Assembly: GCA_965277285.1 (NCBI GenBank)
Contig: OZ255721.1
Location: 3,713,651 to 3,777,650 of the forward strand
Direction: 5' to 3'
Length of the DNA: 64,000 nucleotides
Source: Abditibacteriaceae bacterium
Lineage (GTDB): Bacteria; Armatimonadota; Abditibacteriia; Abditibacteriales; Abditibacteriaceae
Part shown: piece after piece, positions 59,020-64,000 of the stretch
Numbering within the stretch: the stretch's first letter is position 1
Layout: each line of letters starts with the position of its first letter
The notes under the pieces: model-generated
What the model was told of the DNA's origin: nothing
Seen by the model: only the letters and a program-made list of their open reading frames with translations
Database searches by the model: none
Program-made: the position numbers and the translations under genes

Positions 59020-60534
59020 TTATGGCGTGGTTCGAGTACTCGATTGTGGCTTGGTTTTGGTAGTCTCTTTGTTGCGGATGTAGAGCCAGACATATTGGAG
59101 GCGCGTTTCCGAACGGAGCTTAAGGAGATGATAGCCACGAATGTGAGAGCGCGAAACAATGGCGGCGAAACGGCGTTGTTGCAGCGCGCGTTCCAGCAGC
59201 GCGTGCAGAGGCGAACGAGTGTCGTATTGCACGGGATCGTTGAAAAACGGCGTGCGATGGGCAGCGTAAATCAAGTCGACAAACAAGCCGAAACATGGGT
59301 CGCGTGGCGCGCTATTTTGCTCAATAGCCGCAACGATGCGTCGTAAATAAGGCAATGAAGCCCAGCGGAATTGTTCGCCCTGCCACATTCTCAGTGTCGG
59401 CAAGGTTGCGCAAAGCGTAAGAGTAGCAAGACAAAAACCATAACGCAGGCGCCAGACGCGTTTCGCTTCATCCGCCAGGCGCGGCCACGAAGCCGCCGCC
59501 ACAATCGACAAATATGCTGACGCTTCCAGCCAATAATTCAAATCGGCACCAGCGCGCGATACTGTGACGAACGCCACCAAAAATGCCGCCATTGCCGACC
59601 ATCGCAACGTTGCCAGGATGTTTTTTGCTCGTGTCGAACGCAATGGCACGCTCGCCGATGCGCGCCGCTCTTTGTACCAGGCGACGGCCACGAGCAACAC
59701 AGCGAGGATTGTCGCGGGTGAACCGCTCAGCAAAAGCGCGAGTTGCCCTTTTGCATTGTCGAAACTCTTAGGCGCGGTATTCGCCATTGTCCATTGTTGC
59801 CACCAAAAGCCGCCATCTGAAGTGAAGTTCAACGCCCAAACGATTCCCGCAAACAAACCGATGGTGCCCAGCAAAAAGAAGCGTAATTCGTGTTGCGCTT
59901 TGAACTGGTGACAAAGCCACAAGATCGTGAAGAAAGAGAGCAACGTCGTTAAACGCGTCAAAACGGCGCCAACTGTCAAAACAGCGCAAATCGTTATGCC
60001 GCATAAACGCCATTTTTGCGTCACGTGCGCGTCATCGAGTACTCGAACTGCGATACAAATGGCGCTCAGGCCAAACGCCAAAGCCAGAAAGTCGGGACGC
60101 TGAACTCCGACCCAGTAAAGAACAGGCAATTGTGACCAAAAGAAGGCGACAGATAAGAGCGCGAATCGTTTACGTCGCGTCAAAGCGTGCGTCAGCCAGG
60201 CGATGCAAACCGCGCAAATGAGTAAAGCGACAAGCGCAATAGCGCGCCCCGATTGAAATTGCAGCCCGAATATGCGCAGTCCCGCGCCGAACAGTAAATA
60301 ACTAATGGGGCCATAAGGCGACATCGTGTAAGGCGGGTTTTCAATTAGGTGAAAAGAATACGGGTTGGTGCCATGCGCTATCAAGAGCGATGGCGCCCAC
60401 ATTCCACCTTCGTAACATCCTGCATCAAAGGGAAAAAGCCAGCGCGAAATTCCCAAACTCAACGCCGAAAGCAGCGATAAAGCCGTGACCAGGCTCGTCA
60501 AACGCGCCGCTTTGGAAGAAGATCGAAATATCAC
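59020..60534 (-). CDS. Polytopic membrane protein (possible GT-C-type glycosyltransferase)
   Basis: At least 10 TM segments across 504 aa. The N-terminal layout resembles ArnT/PMT-like proteins. Weak functional call. Confidence 0.6.
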   Translation of the reverse strand: MIFRSSSKAARLTSLVTALSLLSALSLGISRWLFPFDAGCYEGGMWAPSLLIAHGTNPYSFHLIENPPYTMSPYGPISYLLFGAGLRIFGLQFQSGRAIALVALLICAVCIAWLTHALTRRKRFALLSVAFFWSQLPVLYWVGVQRPDFLALAFGLSAICIAVRVLDDAHVTQKWRLCGITICAVLTVGAVLTRLTTLLSFFTILWLCHQFKAQHELRFFLLGTIGLFAGIVWALNFTSDGGFWWQQWTMANTAPKSFDNAKGQLALLLSGSPATILAVLLVAVAWYKERRASASVPLRSTRAKNILATLRWSAMAAFLVAFVTVSRAGADLNYWLEASAYLSIVAAASWPRLADEAKRVWRLRYGFCLATLTLCATLPTLRMWQGEQFRWASLPYLRRIVAAIEQNSAPRDPCFGLFVDLIYAAHRTPFFNDPVQYDTRSPLHALLERALQQRRFAAIVSRSHIRGYHLLKLRSETRLQYVWLYIRNKETTKTKPQSSTRTTP

Positions 60535-60549
60535 GAGGAAAATTTGTAC

Positions 60550-61179
60550 TCAATCATCGCTGTTGGTGAGTGCTTGCAGCAAATTTACCATCGCCGCCAC
60601 TGCGCGTGCGCGATGCGAAACCTGCGCTTTAACTTCGGGTGGCACTTGCGCCATCGTGCGATTCAAGTACTCGATTGGTGCTTGTGTGGCTTCCGTAATC
60701 TCGAAAATTGGATCGTAGCCGAAACCGTTTTCGCCGCGCGGCTGGAGAGCGATGCGACCTTCGCAAGTCGCTTCAGTTTCGAGAACGCGACCATCAGGAA
60801 AAGCGACACAAATTGCGCAACGATAGCGCGCGGTGCGGTCTTCGCTTCGAGTACTCGATTGGTCGGTGCGAGCGAGCAGGGCGCGCGTTCGGTCTTCGTC
60901 GCTGCCTTCAATCCAGCGCGCACTGCGCACGCCAGGTTCGCCATTTAACACATCGACTTCGATTCCCGAATCGTCCGCCAACGCCGTCATTCCAGTTTGG
61001 AGCGCGCAACTTTCAGCTTTAATGCGTGCGTTTTCTCGCATCGTCAATCCGGTTTCTTCCGGCATTTCGACAGTGGGAAAATCACGCAACGACGTGATTT
61101 CGAGGTTGGGAACATCGCGCAGCATTGCGGAGATTTCTTCGATTTTGTGCGCGTTGCCGGTGGCGAGAAGAAGAATCAT
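60550..61179 (-). CDS. rdgB: dITP/XTP pyrophosphatase (RdgB/HAM1 family)
   Basis: ILLLATGNAHKIEE, GENGFGYDPIF. Confidence 0.9.
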   Translation of the reverse strand: MILLLATGNAHKIEEISAMLRDVPNLEITSLRDFPTVEMPEETGLTMRENARIKAESCALQTGMTALADDSGIEVDVLNGEPGVRSARWIEGSDEDRTRALLARTDQSSTRSEDRTARYRCAICVAFPDGRVLETEATCEGRIALQPRGENGFGYDPIFEITEATQAPIEYLNRTMAQVPPEVKAQVSHRARAVAAMVNLLQALTNSDD

Positions 61180-61283
61180 GGTTCGAGTACTCGATTGAAG
61201 GAATGGCCACAAAAAGCACGAAAGACACAAAAACCGCCAATAAACGTCTTCGCTAAACCTTTGTGCTTCTTTGTGGCTATTTC

Positions 61284-62585
61284 TTATGAAAAGCTCTTTA
61301 ATCGCGTGATGGCTTCATTCAGCGGCAAGGTTTCCTGAGCACTCGAACTCATGTCTTTGAGCGCGATTGTTCCCGCTGCAATTTCGTCATCGCCCAAAAG
61401 CAACGTAAAGCGCGCGTTCTGGCGATTGGCTTCGCGCATTTGCGCCCGCATGCTGCGCCCGACGAAATCGCAGTCGCACGAAATGCCCGACGCGCGCAAT
61501 TGATGCAAAATCTGCACACCCCGTTCGCGCGCCGCATCGCCCAACGCCACCAAAAAAGCGGTTGGCGGAACGGCTTGCGCTTCTTCGATTTGCGAGGCTT
61601 CGCGCACCAATAAAAGACGTTCGATGCCGCTGCCAAAGCCGATGCCAGGCGTTGCAGTTCCGCCCAATTCTTCGACTAAACCATCGTAGCGACCGCCACC
61701 CAAAACCGTGCTTTGCGCGCCCAGTTTGTCGGAGACGAATTCAAAAGCGGTGCGCGTGTAATAATCGAAGCCGCGCACCAAAGCATGATCGACTTCGTAG
61801 GCGATTCCCAACGCGTCCAAATGCGAACACAAGCGCGTGAAATGAGTACTCGATTCCTCGTCGTTTTCTCGAATGTGATCCAGCAATCGCGGCGCGTCCG
61901 CAATCCGTGCACGATCTCGTTCGTCTTTAGAATCGAAGATGCGCAAAGGGTTCAAATCCAAACGCTTCTGTGAATCTTCGCTGAGATTATTTCGCTGCGG
62001 CTCCAGATGTTCGCGCAGTTTCTGGATGTAAGCGGCGCGACTTTGCGGCGTTCCCAGTGTGTTCAAATGCAGAACCGTTTCGATTCCCAAAGCCTGCAAA
62101 AAGTCATTGGCAAGCGCCAGCACTTCGGCATCCGATTCGGGAGAAGCAGCGCCCAAAAGTTCGATTCCACATTGGTGATGCTGGCGATAACGACCGGCTT
62201 GTGGCGCTTCGTAACGGAAAATCGGCACGATGTAAAACAGCTTCGTGACTGGCCCGTTCTGGTTCAAGTGATGTTCGAGATAAGCGCGCACAACGGGCGC
62301 GGTTCCCTCGGCGCGTAAGGTGTAACTTTGCTCGTCGGGCGCGACGAACGAATACATTTGCTTGGTGACCAGAACATCGCTCGATTCTCCGGCTGTGCGC
62401 GCAAAGAGTTCGGTGTGTTCAAAAAGCGGCGTGCGGATTTCGCCGTAGCCGTAGCGCGCGCAAATGGCGCGAAAGGTTTCTTCGACCAGTCGCCAGCGCG
62501 AAATATCCTGTGGCAAAATGTCATGCGTGCCGCGCGGCGCCTGGAAACTGCGTTTCGTGGTTTTTTCAGTGTTATCAGGATTCAT
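61284..62585 (-). CDS. hisS: Histidine--tRNA ligase
   Basis: PRGTHDILP, FRYEAPQAGRYRQHHQ (motif 2), GGGRYDGL (motif 3), and an anticodon-binding C-terminus. Confidence 0.92.
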   Translation of the reverse strand: MNPDNTEKTTKRSFQAPRGTHDILPQDISRWRLVEETFRAICARYGYGEIRTPLFEHTELFARTAGESSDVLVTKQMYSFVAPDEQSYTLRAEGTAPVVRAYLEHHLNQNGPVTKLFYIVPIFRYEAPQAGRYRQHHQCGIELLGAASPESDAEVLALANDFLQALGIETVLHLNTLGTPQSRAAYIQKLREHLEPQRNNLSEDSQKRLDLNPLRIFDSKDERDRARIADAPRLLDHIRENDEESSTHFTRLCSHLDALGIAYEVDHALVRGFDYYTRTAFEFVSDKLGAQSTVLGGGRYDGLVEELGGTATPGIGFGSGIERLLLVREASQIEEAQAVPPTAFLVALGDAARERGVQILHQLRASGISCDCDFVGRSMRAQMREANRQNARFTLLLGDDEIAAGTIALKDMSSSAQETLPLNEAITRLKSFS

Positions 62586-62680
62586 AAGCGCGCGCAGTTT
62601 AGCAATTTTGCGACAACGGGCGCGGTATAAACGTGATTTCGAGTACTCGAATCCCACTTTCACGGGCGTGCTGACGAGAA

Positions 62681-63166
62681 TTATTCCGCCATTTCACAAT
62701 CTACAAATACTTGCTTTGGACGAACTTTGAGCAACACAACCAACGCACGGCGTTGCATCGGAACGGCCTCATGCCCGAGAGAACCGTGATCCACCAAAAG
62801 ACTTTGCTTGAGTTGGTAAAGGTCAAATGCACCCGTGCCTTCATTCAAAACAACGGCGCGGACCAGAAAAGGCGTTTTTCCTGGCACCGCTTTGAAACTT
62901 GTTCCAACGAAGGCTTTGGCCTGCGCAGATGAAAGCGGAACAATCGGGCTTCGTGTGAGCAAAGTTATCGCTCTGGGCAACATCGTGCTCAAAACGACAT
63001 GAAAATCTTTGACGGGTGTCGCAGGTGAAACGTAAAAATTGATGTTCGACGGCGCGGGACGATACCAGGAATCCTTTGTCGTCCAGGAAGGGGAAGACGT
63101 TTGTCTCGCGCATCCTGCAAGCAATGCAACGGACGCAAAGAAACAAACGGCGATTAAGAATTTCAT
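62681..63166 (-). CDS. Hypothetical lipoprotein
   Basis: MKFLIAVCFFASVALLAGC lipobox. Confidence 0.6.
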   Translation of the reverse strand: MKFLIAVCFFASVALLAGCARQTSSPSWTTKDSWYRPAPSNINFYVSPATPVKDFHVVLSTMLPRAITLLTRSPIVPLSSAQAKAFVGTSFKAVPGKTPFLVRAVVLNEGTGAFDLYQLKQSLLVDHGSLGHEAVPMQRRALVVLLKVRPKQVFVDCEMAE

Positions 63167-63351
63167 GGTCAATCTCATTTTAACCAAGTTTTCGTAACGT
63201 TATAGAGCGTGACAAAAGCGCGAGTGTTGCGTTGTTGCAAGGCCCAAAGTGCAAGCTGAAAAATAACTGAAATATGGTCGGGAAGGGCCTTGTGAAAAGT
63301 TGCACAATCAGGCAAAATGAAAGTTGCAGTTTCAATTTGTCGTTTTTTCTT

Positions 63352-64000
63352 ATGAGTCGTTTGCGTTTCAGGCGTTTTGCGTGGGGTGTTGTGGGCGCGA
63401 CGCTGCTCGTCGTTTTGTGGGGCGCTTATGTGCGCGCCAGTTTGTCGGGCGATGGTTGCGGCGCGCATTGGCCGAGTTGCGGCACGACGATTATTCCTCA
63501 TCCGCAGCAAACCAAAACGATGGTCGAATTGTCGCATCGCCTGACCAGTTTGTTCCTCATCCTCTCGACCTTGGGTTTGATGGTTTGCTCGTTTTTCGTT
63601 TATCCTAAGGGCGACATCGTGCGCAAAGGCGCCGTCTGGTCATTTGCGCTGGTGATGAGCGAAGCGTTTGTCGGCGCTGGCTTGGTGTTGTTCAGCCTGG
63701 TGGCGCGCAATCCTTCGGTTTATCGCGCCGTAGCGATGTGTTCGCACTTGATCGTGACGTTGTTCTTGGTCGCGTCGATGACACTGACGGCGTGGTGGGC
63801 TTCGGGCGGTGCGCGTTTGCGCTTACGAAATCAAGGCGAACTGGGTTTTGCTTTTGGCGCGTCGTTTGTTTCGGTGATTGTCGTAGCGATTACGGGTTCG
63901 TTGTCGGCGCTGGGCGATACGTTGTATCCGGCGAAGAACCTGATGGAAGGAATGCAGCAGGACTTCGCGCCGACGGCTTCGTATCTTTTGCAACATCGGC
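63352..64000 (+). CDS. COX15/CtaA-family heme A synthase-like membrane protein (partial, runs off the window)
   Basis: Translated by hand: MSRLRFRRFAWGVVGATLLVVLWGAYVRASLSGDGCGAHWPSCG...ELSHRLTS.... It is absent from the ORF track because there is no stop codon inside the window. Confidence 0.7.
   Translation, partial: MSRLRFRRFAWGVVGATLLVVLWGAYVRASLSGDGCGAHWPSCGTTIIPHPQQTKTMVELSHRLTSLFLILSTLGLMVCSFFVYPKGDIVRKGAVWSFALVMSEAFVGAGLVLFSLVARNPSVYRAVAMCSHLIVTLFLVASMTLTAWWASGGARLRLRNQGELGFAFGASFVSVIVVAITGSLSALGDTLYPAKNLMEGMQQDFAPTASYLLQHR

Overview
This is a roughly 55% GC bacterial chromosomal segment that is densely coding, with about 55 genes and mostly housekeeping content. I cannot assign taxonomy without a database search. 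Recognisable genes include accB/accC, an HtrA-type protease, ruvC, a bacterial serpin, recN, nadK, dxs, ispA, xseA/xseB, fusA, rdgB, hisS, rfbD, rluB and a DD-carboxypeptidase. There is also one complete 16S rRNA gene (35311-36831) that is not followed by tRNA, 23S or 5S genes. I saw no transposase, integrase, prophage or CRISPR array.

The dominant non-genic signal is a perfect 12-bp palindrome, TCGAGTACTCGA. By eye I count 52 exact copies and 22 one-mismatch copies, against about 0.004 exact copies expected by chance. The copies lie in both coding and intergenic DNA. In coding DNA they occur in all three frames, and in intergenic DNA they often sit at the exact centre of much longer perfect palindromes. 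This resembles the cyanobacterial HIP1 repeat or a DNA uptake sequence, and I rate it the most interesting feature of the window.

The intergenic spacers also carry several families of long hairpin repeats. One is a 6-copy REP/MITE-like family. Another is a 2-copy family in which one member has perfect 47-bp stems.

Secondary observations:
- a small AT-rich island encoding an orphan HEPN-like (Rx4H) protein
- a fusA copy outside the str operon, with its own promoter and a structured roughly 300-nt leader
- two likely frameshifted genes
- an RNase H-like exonuclease translationally coupled to an ArsS-like radical SAM protein

All calls rest on visual motif recognition. Coordinates of starts and repeat ends may be off by a few nucleotides.
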